In this document: in pieces, positions 9,501 to 19,711 of the stretch | How positions within the stretch are numbered: position 1 is the first letter of the stretch | Layout: every line of letters starts with the position of its first letter | NCBI GenBank assembly: GCA_048939015.1 | Contig: JBHLPW010000043.1 | Coordinates: 1,799-46,670, forward strand | Length of the DNA stretch: 44,872 bases | Direction: 5' to 3' | Source: Promethearchaeota archaeon | GTDB lineage: Archaea > Asgardarchaeota > Lokiarchaeia > Sigyniarchaeales > SOKP01 | Notes under the pieces: model-generated | What the model saw: the letters and a program-made list of their open reading frames with translations, nothing else | Database searches by the model: none | What the model was told of the DNA's origin: nothing | Translations under genes and position numbers: made by a program

Positions 9501-11465
9501 ATTTTAAGGCAAGTTTATGTTTATAGAGGCAATGAAATTTTATATTATAGGCATTTTGGAAAGGCTCTAAAACAAGAGGTAATAGATCTTCTAGTTGAAG
9601 ACATCAATAATGAAGCTTTAATAAAATCTGAATCTAAAATGAATTACCATGATTATTACAAATTTAGAGTATCCTATATTACAAATAAAGAAAATAATCT
9701 TATTTTTTTATTTGTAACAAGTTTAACTGATAAATTTGAAAACATAAAAAAAGAATTAGAAAAATGTCAAGATGAGTTCTTAAATTTATTCGAAGATATC
9801 TTACAACACCGTTTTGATGCAAAAACTTTTGAAGTTTTTGATCCCACCATCGATTCTATCCATAGAAATTTAAGACCAAAAATATCTCTTGTGGGATTTT
9901 CTGGAGTTGGGAAAACTACCATTACTAAATTAATTAAAGCTGATGAAATTCCAATGCAGCATATACCAACAATAACGGGAGATATTGCGACTATAAAAAT
10001 TGGAAAATTACACTTTCATTTGTGGGATTTTGCAGGTCAAGAACAATTTAGTTATCTATGGAACAATTTTATTAAGGGAAGTGATGCCGTTCTATTAATC
10101 ACTGATTCCACATTAGAAAATATTGAAAAGAGTAAATATTTCTTAGAACTAATAAATGAACAAGCACCTAACGCTCAATCTGCTGTAATTGGTAACAAAC
10201 AAGACTTAAATGGTGCATTGAATCCCGTTCAAATTGAAAATATTCTGGGTTTAAAGGCATATTCAATGATTGCTTTGGAACCAAAAAACCGTGATAAAAT
10301 GATCCAAATTATTGCTGATATCTTAGAAATGAGTGCAGAGGTTTCCCCTCTTTTAAAACCATTACTTGAAAGAGATAAATTAACAGAAGAAGCAGTAAAA
10401 GCACTCAAAGATGCTGATTTTAACAAAGCTGCATTTTTATTCGATAAAATTAGTGATTTATGTATAGAGTTAGGAGATGATTCATTGGGAAGAGAATTCT
10501 TTAATAAATCACAAAAAATTAAAGACATGCTTGAGAAGGTCGGTGCCCCTCAACCAACACCAGCTGCTGCAATAGAGCCTGAAATGGGTACAATTCCTAT
10601 TACTGATAAAAAACCAGTAGAAATAGAGAGACAGATATCTAAAGAATCAGAATTGTCACCTATCCCCCAACTAAAGACAGAAGAAAAATCAGTAGAACAA
10701 CAAATATTTAGAAAACCATCAGATATTGTAGCAACTTCGAAAAAAGAAGAAACTCTAAAAGTAGAGACTCAAGAAGAGAAAGAAATTAAAACACCAATGG
10801 GCACCAAGATTAAACCAGAAGGAATAAGTTTAAAATTGAATCCAGAAGATTTTATGGTTAAAACAAGACCAAAATCAGTAACTTTTGTCCCTAAAGACGC
10901 ATCAACTAAACTTAAAATGGCTTCAGACAGACCTGCTAAAGATGTTGAAGAACCGATAGCCCCTAAACCAGTTTCACCACTAAAATTAATGGATGAAAAG
11001 GAAAAATTAAAACCTCCTCCCCCAAAAACTCCTATGATTTCAAAAATCGCTCCTGAACCTAAAATACAACCTACTCCTATTGCTTCTAAGCCCCCACTTG
11101 AACCTAAAATAGAACCAACTCCCATTTTTGCTAAGACCACACTCAAACCTAAAATACAAACAACTCCACCACTTCCAAAAGTTACTCTTGAACCTAAATT
11201 AGAATCCGTTCCTCCAATAACCAAAGAAGCCAAAACGGAATCAACACTTTTGGAAGAGAAGCAGAAGGAAGATATCAAGAAATCCATAATAGAATTAAAA
11301 TTAAAGAAAGCAGATATATCTAAGATGTTATTGGATCTTGATATGAAAGAGCTTACTGGGGAAATCACATCAGAAGAACTTGAAGAAAAGAAAAAGAAAA
11401 TTGATGTATATCTCAATAAAATAGCTCAAGAAATTCAAGAATTAGAAAGTCTTTTAAAGGATTAG
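9501..11465 (+). CDS. Multidomain small GTPase: longin-like domain + Arf-like G domain + helical (TPR/SNAP-like) module + Pro-rich linker + C-terminal coiled coil
   Basis: G1 GFSGVGKT, G2 PTITG, G3 WDFAGQ, G4 NKQD. The frame is open 46 codons upstream of ATG 9639 (ILRQVYVYRGNEILYYRHFG...), giving the first strands of a longin-like domain. The start (ATT 9501 vs ATG 9639) is uncertain. Confidence 0.8.
   Translation: MLRQVYVYRGNEILYYRHFGKALKQEVIDLLVEDINNEALIKSESKMNYHDYYKFRVSYITNKENNLIFLFVTSLTDKFENIKKELEKCQDEFLNLFEDILQHRFDAKTFEVFDPTIDSIHRNLRPKISLVGFSGVGKTTITKLIKADEIPMQHIPTITGDIATIKIGKLHFHLWDFAGQEQFSYLWNNFIKGSDAVLLITDSTLENIEKSKYFLELINEQAPNAQSAVIGNKQDLNGALNPVQIENILGLKAYSMIALEPKNRDKMIQIIADILEMSAEVSPLLKPLLERDKLTEEAVKALKDADFNKAAFLFDKISDLCIELGDDSLGREFFNKSQKIKDMLEKVGAPQPTPAAAIEPEMGTIPITDKKPVEIERQISKESELSPIPQLKTEEKSVEQQIFRKPSDIVATSKKEETLKVETQEEKEIKTPMGTKIKPEGISLKLNPEDFMVKTRPKSVTFVPKDASTKLKMASDRPAKDVEEPIAPKPVSPLKLMDEKEKLKPPPPKTPMISKIAPEPKIQPTPIASKPPLEPKIEPTPIFAKTTLKPKIQTTPPLPKVTLEPKLESVPPITKEAKTESTLLEEKQKEDIKKSIIELKLKKADISKMLLDLDMKELTGEITSEELEEKKKKIDVYLNKIAQEIQELESLLKD
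11055..11234 (+). repeat. Four degenerate 45-bp (15-aa) tandem repeats in the GTPase linker
   Basis: EPKIQPTPIASKPPL / EPKIEPTPIFAKTTL / KPKIQTTPPLPKVTL / EPKLESVPPITKEAK; units start at 11055, 11100, 11145 and 11190. Confidence 0.85.
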
Positions 11466-11520
11466 GCTCAAGGTTATTTTTAATTTCCCTTCATAAAATT
11501 AAAATTTTCCTCTATTATCT

Positions 11521-11572
11521 ATTTCAGCTATGAAATCACAATAGAGTATGGGTGTAACCCTACACCCTCTAT
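11521..11572 (-). ncRNA. Putative omegaRNA / right-end hairpins of tnpB #1
   Basis: Minus strand: ATAGAG-GGTGTA-gggt-TACACC-cata-CTCTAT stem-loop (11541-11572), then ATTTCA-tagc-TGAAAT (11521-11536), overlapping the tnpB 3' end as expected for TnpB omegaRNAs. Confidence 0.6.
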
Positions 11573-12718
11573 CCCATCTGCTGAGATGGCTTTTGGGACT
11601 CCTTTTTTAAGGATATTATATGCCCCGTTCACATCCGCATTGATAATTATCCCTTTCTGACTGCGAAATAGACCTCTACTAGTGCGTCTTCCTTGATATT
11701 TTTCATGCTTTTCAATTGATTCATTATCTAAAAAGCTGCATTTTGAAGTATACGATTCTGACTCTAAAAGAACATCAATCCCATTTAATTCTGCTTTGTA
11801 TTCAATTTGAGCCAATAATATGGAATAAAAAATTTGCACAAAGTTTTGGTTATTCCGCTTTCCAATTGATATCTTATGTTTCCAAGTCTTATTGTAACCA
11901 ATGACTATTGTTCCAAAATTGTGATTAATACAATAATTAATTACTGCTCTCGAAATTTTATGAAAGATAGTATTTATTTTATTATTTCTTTTCCGCGTAA
12001 TTCTTTGTATTCTTTTAGTTTCAGAAATAATCCCCTGCTTATCCTTTATGCGTTTATATTTAGCAAGTTGCTTATTATAGAATTGGTTAATAGATTTAAC
12101 AATACCACCTTTAATAATAGCTGGTTGCATCCCTACATTATTTACCATAGTTATGATATTGTTCAATCCTAAATCAATCCCAATTACTCTGTCTTTTTCC
12201 AACTCTAATTTATTTACTTCCTTCTGATAAATGATTTCTAAAGTATAATATATTCCTTTCGGAATAATTCTTATGTGATGAAACTTACTTCTTATACGCG
12301 TTTTAACAGGATGTAATTGAGTTTTTTTTGGAAAATAAAGAGATCCTTCCTTGATCTTACATTGTTGATTCGTAAAAACAATTATACACTCTCCATTTTT
12401 CTTTTTATATCGGGGAGGTCTTGGAGGTCCTAAGAATTTCTCTGGATGTTTTTTATAGGTTCTAATAGATTGGAAAAATGATTTCCAATTCTTGTCTAAG
12501 AGCCTTAAAGTTTGTTGCGCAGTTTGGGAGGGGAGTTGTTTATACGGTTCTTTTTCTTTTAGTATATACCATAAATCGTTATATCTCAACCAATTTCCTA
12601 AATAAAAATATTCTTGTCTCACATAATAGTTAGCAAGATTGTAGAGATTTTTGGATAAATGGCATATGTAAGATAGTGGTGAATATTTTTTTAATTGGAT
12701 TTGTTCTGTTAGCATCAT
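11528..12718 (-). mobile_element. tnpB: TnpB RNA-guided endonuclease, solo IS200/IS605-family (IS1341-like) element
   Basis: KNLYN, WKSFF, RuvC-I GIDLGLNN, ESYTSKCS, RuvC-III NADVNGAYNI; no tnpA adjacent. Confidence 0.95.
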
Positions 12719-12831
12719 TCCTATTGTAATAATGAAGATGCGTATCAGATTTAAAAGAAATGAGGCTGAAGATTTATATATGATAAGAACAGAATAAAAA
12801 TTAATCTATTTTACATTTAGAGCCTTTAAGT

Positions 12832-14295
12832 ATGAAAAAAAGAGATATCTTTTCATTAATACTTTTTCTGAGTTTGATTTTAATTATAATAATGGATAGT
12901 TACTTGTTTTTACCAAATCAAGTTTTAGTTGCTGCAGATTTGGGTATTTATTTTGATACAATTGGAGTAATTATTGGAACATATATCGTTATTCAGGGGA
13001 TATCTATTATTATCTTTGGGTATCTTAGTGATAAAATAGAAAGGAAGAAATTAATAATATTTGCTGGTGCTTTATGGTCTCTTGCAGCGATAATGCATAT
13101 ATTAATTTCTAACATAGTACATTTATATATAGCAAGAATTGCGGCAGCAATAGCTTCAGGAGTAACAGGTCCATTAGCCATTTCTTACTTAACAGATATT
13201 GTTTCATCTGATTCACGATCAAAATTATTTGCTGGTTGGACGTTAATAACCACCTTTGGAAGTCTTATTGCAGGAGTTATTGCATTAATGTTTAATAAAA
13301 TCCCATATGAAAGAATTGACACTGAATCAGAAAGCATTAGAGAAAATATTAATTATATCATAGCTAATTACTCAAGTTTATTAAATACTTGGCGCTTTCC
13401 ATTTCTAATTTTAGGTTTAATCGGTTTGATTTTTACCATGTTAAATGTTTTTTTTGCCCAAGAGCCGAAGAGAGCTGCGAAGGATAAATTACTTGAAGAT
13501 ATTTTAAGTAATGAAGATCTACAATATACTTATCGTATAAAATTTTCAGATTTGCGGACTATATTCAAAAGAAAATCTAATATTTTTCTGACAATAAACT
13601 TTTTTGATGTTGTAGTTTCTGGTTTACTAGTTTCATACTTATTTCCCTATTTTGAATTAGAATTGGGGATTTCATTTAGTGACCCAATGGGTTTAGCTGC
13701 TACTGTAGTGTTGATTCTTATTATAGGACCTTTAGGGCTTGTAATTGGTCAATTTGGATTAGCTCACTTGGGTGATAAGAAAGTTCAAAAGGGAGATTTA
13801 ACAGGGCGAGTAAAAATAGCTACCATTTGTGGAATTCTTAATATACCCTTCATTTTAATAGGATTTATGATGACACCAAGTGTAAGTAATCAAACTTTCT
13901 TCCTAAGTAATATTCAAGTAAATCTTGTGGGTTTTTGGTTATTATGGATTATATTCGCGCTTTTTATAGGGATCGGACTTGGATTTTCATTAGGAATTGC
14001 TCCAAATTGGTATTCTTCTCTTATTGATGGAAACTTACCAGAACATAGAGGAACAATGATAGCAATGGGATTATTTATTGATACATTTGGCCGTGCTTTA
14101 GGAGCCATCTTAGGGGGATTCGTTGTAAATTTAACAGATAGCTTTTCATTAACTATCATTTGGTCCACATTGATATTTGGAATTATATCAACTTGCTTTT
14201 GGATTCCATTATTTTACACTAGTAAAAAAGATTATGCGTATGTAAATGAGATAATGAAAGAGAGATCTGTTACGTTAGAAACTATTCAAGATTAA
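12832..14295 (+). CDS. MFS transporter
   Basis: About 12 hydrophobic segments; motif A 'FGYLSDKIERKK'; 'LPEHRGT' in the C-terminal half. Confidence 0.9.
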   Translation: MKKRDIFSLILFLSLILIIIMDSYLFLPNQVLVAADLGIYFDTIGVIIGTYIVIQGISIIIFGYLSDKIERKKLIIFAGALWSLAAIMHILISNIVHLYIARIAAAIASGVTGPLAISYLTDIVSSDSRSKLFAGWTLITTFGSLIAGVIALMFNKIPYERIDTESESIRENINYIIANYSSLLNTWRFPFLILGLIGLIFTMLNVFFAQEPKRAAKDKLLEDILSNEDLQYTYRIKFSDLRTIFKRKSNIFLTINFFDVVVSGLLVSYLFPYFELELGISFSDPMGLAATVVLILIIGPLGLVIGQFGLAHLGDKKVQKGDLTGRVKIATICGILNIPFILIGFMMTPSVSNQTFFLSNIQVNLVGFWLLWIIFALFIGIGLGFSLGIAPNWYSSLIDGNLPEHRGTMIAMGLFIDTFGRALGAILGGFVVNLTDSFSLTIIWSTLIFGIISTCFWIPLFYTSKKDYAYVNEIMKERSVTLETIQD

Positions 14296-15164
14296 ATAAA
14301 GCTTTTTAGATATGTATCAGGCACATTAGCTTCTCCCATTTTAATTCCTTTTTTATTTCCATGATAATCAGAACCACCGGATTTAATTAGGTTAAAATCA
14401 TTTGCAATTTTTCGAAAATAATTCGGAAAGTACTGTTGAGCCCAATCTGCTTTATCAGTGTCATAGAAGGGTCTGTTTTTTGCATAAGTATATTCCACTT
14501 CAATGCCTTCGATACCAGCTTCTATACAAAATTCGATAAAGTTTTTTCTATCTGAAACTTCATAGATCCCTGGATGTGCTAAAATTGGAAAACCACCTGC
14601 GGATTTAATCAATTGAATAGATTCTTCTAAATTTAGCTCAACGTTTCTATCGACAAAGGCAGCACCACCTATACTTATCATTTTGAATAGCTCATTTTTA
14701 GTTTTTCCTTTAACTTTTTCAGGATTATTTTTTGTCATTATTTCAACAATATGGGGGCGCCCCACTACTTGATTTCCCGCAATAGCCTTCACATCTTCAA
14801 ATGAGATATTGTACCCAAATTCATCTTCCAAACGTTTACAAATTGCCCTTTTCTGTTCTAATCGTCCTTTAATTTGTTCATTGATTGAATTGTTCAATCT
14901 TGCAGAAGTATAATCAAAGTTTAGGCCAATAATGTGAACATCTATTAATTCTCTCATTGGCTCATGCCTAATTGAAATTTCTATGCCGGGAATTACAATT
15001 ATATCCTTAGATTCCCCATATGTTATTAATTCCTCTAATCCAGCTATGGTGTCATGGTCAGTTATAGCAATTGCTTTTAATTTAAGTGCTAATGCTTGTT
15101 CTATTAATTGTGAAGGAGTCTCCGAACCATCAGAAGCAGATGAATGAAGATGAAGATCAATCAT
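14292..15164 (-). CDS. PHP-domain phosphoesterase (TrpH/YciV-like)
   Basis: DLHLHSSASDG, AITDHDT, GRPH, LAHP, GGSDYHG. Confidence 0.93.
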   Translation of the reverse strand: MIDLHLHSSASDGSETPSQLIEQALALKLKAIAITDHDTIAGLEELITYGESKDIIVIPGIEISIRHEPMRELIDVHIIGLNFDYTSARLNNSINEQIKGRLEQKRAICKRLEDEFGYNISFEDVKAIAGNQVVGRPHIVEIMTKNNPEKVKGKTKNELFKMISIGGAAFVDRNVELNLEESIQLIKSAGGFPILAHPGIYEVSDRKNFIEFCIEAGIEGIEVEYTYAKNRPFYDTDKADWAQQYFPNYFRKIANDFNLIKSGGSDYHGNKKGIKMGEANVPDTYLKSFI

Positions 15165-15286
15165 TATTATTAAGAATTTAATATCTGGTAATATATTTGT
15201 TTAAAATTACAGAGATGAATAAAATTTACTAAGTAAACATTATTAATTATTCATATTCAAAAGTTCTATAATTATAAAAGGAATAA

Positions 15287-16705
15287 GTGAACATAATGGC
15301 AATAATCGTAATGAAATTTGGAGGTTCTTGTCTAACTGATAAAGATGCTTTCTGTAAAATCCTTGATATTACAAAAATTTATTCAACGGCAAAGAAAGTC
15401 TATGTTGCATCCGCATTAAATGGCATAACCGATTTACTTTTAAAAACTGCTGAAATGGTACAAGATGACAAAGATACAGATAAAAATATAGCCCTATTAG
15501 AAAAAAAGCACATTGATTTAATTGAACAAATTTTTCCAGAGGATTCTGAATATTATAGTAAGATAAAAGATTGGATAGATGACAAATTGAGTGAATTAGA
15601 AGATACATTTGCAGATATTAAGGAATTTGGACTGGAACCCTATTATAAAGATTATGTCCTAAGTTTTGGAGAGATATTATCTACTTATATATTAAATCAA
15701 TATCTTTTAAGTAACGGATTAGAATCTGAATATATTCCCGCAAATAAGATAATTATAACTGATGATGAATTTAATAATGCTTATCCATTGTATGATTTAA
15801 CAAATGCCCGAGTAAAACAATATTTGATACCATTATTAGATAATCCAAATAGAAATACAATTATATGTTTAACGGGCTTTATTGGAAGAAATAAAATAGG
15901 TTATATCACAACATTGGGAAGAGGTGGTTCTGATTATACAGCTACTATTATTGCACGTTCTTTATATGATATAGGTGAGGATAAAAATATTAAGGTAATT
16001 TTATGGAAAGATGTTGATGGATTATTAGCCATAAATCCTAAGTATGTGCCTAACTCTTCTCTTATAAAAAATTTAGATTATGATGAAGCTAAACATATTG
16101 CTAACTTTGGAGCTAAAATTCTTCACCCTAAATGTTTAGAAGCTATTGAAAAAGAAAAAATTCCCCTCGAAATAAGAAATTTTGATAAACCATTAGAAAT
16201 TAACTTCACAAACATATCGGATAAAAGTGATAAAGATCAAATTAAAGGGATTTCTGCTGTAGAATTTGCAACAATTATTACAGTCAGTTCTGGAAGTATG
16301 GTTGATGTACCTGGGGTTTTAGCAAAGATATTTAAAACGATAAGTAAAAATCAAATAAGTGTTTCATTAGTTGCTCAGAGTTCATCTGAAATATCTACAT
16401 CTTTCATTATAAATGAAAAGGATGCCAATAGAGCAATACACGCTTTAAAAAACTCAAAGTATTTTTCAGAATTCTTTGAAATTAAATGGGAAAATGTAGC
16501 AGTAATAAATATAACCGGTTTAAGAATCCTCGAAACAAAAACTAAAGCTGAAATATTTAACGCATTATATAGAAAAAACGTTAAAGTTAAAGCTATTTCA
16601 CAGAGTCATGATGAACTGAATTTATCTATTGTTATAAATCGAGAAGAACTAGTAGATGCTATAAATGTTATACATGATGATCTTTATGAAGAATTTGAAA
16701 ATTAA
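15287..16705 (+). CDS. lysC: Aspartate kinase with two ACT domains (probable start ATG 15296)
   Basis: VMKFGGS, TTLGRGGSDYTA, WKDVDG, FGAKILHP, C-terminal ACT repeats. Confidence 0.93.
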   Translation: MNIMAIIVMKFGGSCLTDKDAFCKILDITKIYSTAKKVYVASALNGITDLLLKTAEMVQDDKDTDKNIALLEKKHIDLIEQIFPEDSEYYSKIKDWIDDKLSELEDTFADIKEFGLEPYYKDYVLSFGEILSTYILNQYLLSNGLESEYIPANKIIITDDEFNNAYPLYDLTNARVKQYLIPLLDNPNRNTIICLTGFIGRNKIGYITTLGRGGSDYTATIIARSLYDIGEDKNIKVILWKDVDGLLAINPKYVPNSSLIKNLDYDEAKHIANFGAKILHPKCLEAIEKEKIPLEIRNFDKPLEINFTNISDKSDKDQIKGISAVEFATIITVSSGSMVDVPGVLAKIFKTISKNQISVSLVAQSSSEISTSFIINEKDANRAIHALKNSKYFSEFFEIKWENVAVINITGLRILETKTKAEIFNALYRKNVKVKAISQSHDELNLSIVINREELVDAINVIHDDLYEEFEN

Positions 16706-16785
16706 TTTTGAAAACTATAAAAATTTGAACTAAATTAGAAATAATTAATAAATATAACTGAGATAAAAAAATTTATTTGTAAAAA

Positions 16786-17307
16786 TTAAGTTCTTGAATC
16801 GATAATCCGACGAGTTAGTTCAGTAAAAGCATCATCTACATTAATACCCGTCTTAGCAGAGGTTTCAATATATATACTTCCTTCGTTTTCTGCAAAAGAA
16901 CGAGCCTCATCTCGATCAATAACTACTCCAACATCTTCCATTAAATCTGCTTTATTTCCAATTAGAACAAATGGAATATCACCTGCGAATTGACGGATTT
17001 CTGTAAGCCATTTTCGAATTTCATTATACGTCTGTTCTCTGGTTAAATCAAATACTAATAATGTTCCAGCAGCACCCTTGTAAAATGTACTACGAATAAA
17101 TTCGAATCTTTGTTGTCCTCCAATATCCCATATAGAAAGAGTAGCGATTTCACCTGGTCTAAATTCTACATCCTTTGTTAGGATGTCAACCCCTACTGTT
17201 AATTTATAGTTTGCTTGGAATCGGTTTTTAATGAATCTCTGGACTAGACTTGTCTTTCCCACTGCAGCTGCTCCAGTTAATAATACTTTTAATTTAAAAC
17301 TTGACAT
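16786..17307 (-). CDS. Rab-like small GTPase
   Basis: GAAAVGKTS, YKLTVGVD, IWDIGGQQRF, FYKGAAG, GNKAD, ETSAKTG; no C-terminal Cys prenylation motif. Confidence 0.93.
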   Translation of the reverse strand: MSSFKLKVLLTGAAAVGKTSLVQRFIKNRFQANYKLTVGVDILTKDVEFRPGEIATLSIWDIGGQQRFEFIRSTFYKGAAGTLLVFDLTREQTYNEIRKWLTEIRQFAGDIPFVLIGNKADLMEDVGVVIDRDEARSFAENEGSIYIETSAKTGINVDDAFTELTRRIIDSRT

Positions 17308-17552
17308 AAAGCTTCACTCACGTCGGTTTTTTATATCATTTATTTTAATTTTTAATTAGTGTATATAAATTATTATTATAGTTTCTATTTAAGAATTTAT
17401 TTAATTTATTTATATGGACTAAATTAAAGATAAAATAAATTCTGAATTTAAATATTTTTACAATTTATAAAACTGGTTTTTATACTATTCTGTGCTATTA
17501 TATTTGCATAAATCAAGTTTAAAATAAGTAGGATAAATTTAATTAATAAAAT

Positions 17553-19508
17553 TTATCGTTTGGGGATCTCTTTATAGAGGTGTAAACTCGGAAAAAAATC
17601 TAGATTTAGATGAGGAAAATACATAGCTTCAGCATATTCTTTTTGAAAACCCTTATCCACAGCAATTTCAATATATTGAATATTATTTAGCAACTCTTGT
17701 GCTTTATTTCGCAAATTTTTATTCAATAAACAATGTTGGGCTCCAATTCCTGCTGCATTTCCTATCTGAAAAATCTTATCATCATGAATATCAGGAATCA
17801 TTCCAATAAATTTAGCATTATTAGCATTAATGTAGTTCCCAAAAGCACCTGCAAGAAAAATTTGTTCAATTTTTAAGTGATTCTTTAAATTATTTAAAAT
17901 TATCTTAGCTCCAGCATAAAACGCTGCCTTGGCCATTTGGATCTGTCTAATATCGTTTTGATTAATCGTTATATCCTTATCTAATGAAGTTTCTTCGCGT
18001 TTCACTATAATAAATTCGTTATTTTTATCTTTTTTAATGAATCTCTCATGATTAACAATTTCTTTATTGAAATTCCCACTTCTTGTTATGATTTTAGATT
18101 TCAACATCTCTGAAATTGCATCAACTAATCCAGAACCACATATACCTATTGGTTTCTTATTTTTAATTGTTGTATAAGTTACATCTAAATCTAATGGATC
18201 AATTTTAATCTTATCGATAGCACCTGCAGCTGCTCTCATTCCATCTCCAATGTGAGCGCCTTCTAGAGCAGAGCCTGCTGCACACGAGCCTACAGCAAGA
18301 ATCTTGCGATTTCCAATGATTATTTCACCGTTTGTGCCTATATCAATTGCTAGTGTAAGTTCTTTTTCATTAAAGATTTGAGATGAGAGTATTACACCGA
18401 TTGTATCGGCACCTACGAAACCAGCGATTAAAGGTGAAGTATATACATTCCCAGTCTTCAAAATATTAAGGTTCAATCTTTCTGCTTTAGTATTCAGTCC
18501 TTTTTGAATGACTGGTATAAATGGACTTAGGCCAATGTTAACAGGATTTAATCCCAAAAAAATATGGTGCATAACGGAATTTCCTACGACAGTAGCTTCA
18601 TAGATCTGAGAAGGTTTAATATTTGCTTTAGTACATACGTTTGAAATTAATTCATTCAAATCCTTTATTACCAGAGAATTTAATTTTTGAAGATTAATTT
18701 CCTGTTCTTTTATATACGTTAATCGTGTTATCAAATCTTCTCCATATGCAGTTTGACTATTCAATTTTGAATCAACTGCATAAATCTTACCGTTATTTAA
18801 GTTTATTAAATAGCCAACTATGGTTGTAGTACCAATGTCAAAAGCAATACCAAAATTATCTTCAAGTGTATTTCCAGGCTCACATGAAATAATTTTATTA
18901 TTATTCCACAATACTAAGGTGATTTTATGCTGGTTTTTTCTTAGAAGCGTTGGAATGTTATTTAAAACATCAAATTCTATATCAATCTCATCATTTTTTT
19001 TTAAATCTAAACTCTTAGAGAATAAAGTTGATATAATTCTTTCATAATCCGCATGAGGTTCCTCTAATGATGGTTTATTTACATCAATGAAGATCTTTTG
19101 AATAGCTGGTTGAATTTCTATTCCCTTACTTATTCCTGAGACTAAAATTTTAAAATCCTCAAGTAAGAGCTCACTTGGTAAAAATACTCGAAATTGGGGT
19201 GATTTTTGTGTTTCAAGAACCTTAATATTTTTGTTATCAATTTTTGCTTGACAAGCAAGACGCCATCCATTATTAAGTTCTTCTTTGCTGATACTATTTA
19301 ATTCAGAAGATGTAGGGGCAATTAAGTACTCATTTCCTCGTTGGATTAGAACTTTACATTTTCCACAAGTTCCTAGACCTCCACAGATCGATGTTATTGG
19401 CACATCTAAATCTGAAAGAATTTCGTAAAGAGAGATATTGTCTGAAAAAATAACTCTTCTTGAAATTGGTTCAAAATCTATAATGATATTACTTTTTTTA
19501 GTATCCAT
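17553..19508 (-). CDS. RACo/RamA-like ATP-dependent reductive activator of corrinoid proteins (2Fe-2S + ASKHA, DUF4445)
   Basis: CGGLGTCGKC...RLACQ ferredoxin; DIGTTT, GFVGAD, DIGTNGE, CAAGSALEG, GICGSG, LAGAFG, GNAA. Confidence 0.92.
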   Translation of the reverse strand: MDTKKSNIIIDFEPISRRVIFSDNISLYEILSDLDVPITSICGGLGTCGKCKVLIQRGNEYLIAPTSSELNSISKEELNNGWRLACQAKIDNKNIKVLETQKSPQFRVFLPSELLLEDFKILVSGISKGIEIQPAIQKIFIDVNKPSLEEPHADYERIISTLFSKSLDLKKNDEIDIEFDVLNNIPTLLRKNQHKITLVLWNNNKIISCEPGNTLEDNFGIAFDIGTTTIVGYLINLNNGKIYAVDSKLNSQTAYGEDLITRLTYIKEQEINLQKLNSLVIKDLNELISNVCTKANIKPSQIYEATVVGNSVMHHIFLGLNPVNIGLSPFIPVIQKGLNTKAERLNLNILKTGNVYTSPLIAGFVGADTIGVILSSQIFNEKELTLAIDIGTNGEIIIGNRKILAVGSCAAGSALEGAHIGDGMRAAAGAIDKIKIDPLDLDVTYTTIKNKKPIGICGSGLVDAISEMLKSKIITRSGNFNKEIVNHERFIKKDKNNEFIIVKREETSLDKDITINQNDIRQIQMAKAAFYAGAKIILNNLKNHLKIEQIFLAGAFGNYINANNAKFIGMIPDIHDDKIFQIGNAAGIGAQHCLLNKNLRNKAQELLNNIQYIEIAVDKGFQKEYAEAMYFPHLNLDFFPSLHLYKEIPKR

Positions 19509-19711
19509 ATTCTAAATTCATTGATGATTGTATTTTTTTTTAAATATTTGAATTGTATATTATCCTAAATTCGTTAAAATAATTATAAATTGTTAAAAAA
19601 TTATATGAATAAATGTATATTTTAGTTTAAAGAATAACGGTAAATAACTTTATAGGAAAGCTAAATAATGAATTATTTTTTTCTTAGTCTGTATCTTATT
19701 AAATACCTTTT

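Noticed and set aside
10769-11416. 215-aa G/S/L-rich minus-strand ORF
   Set aside because: Mirror of the Pro/Lys/Glu-rich linker codons of the GTPase.
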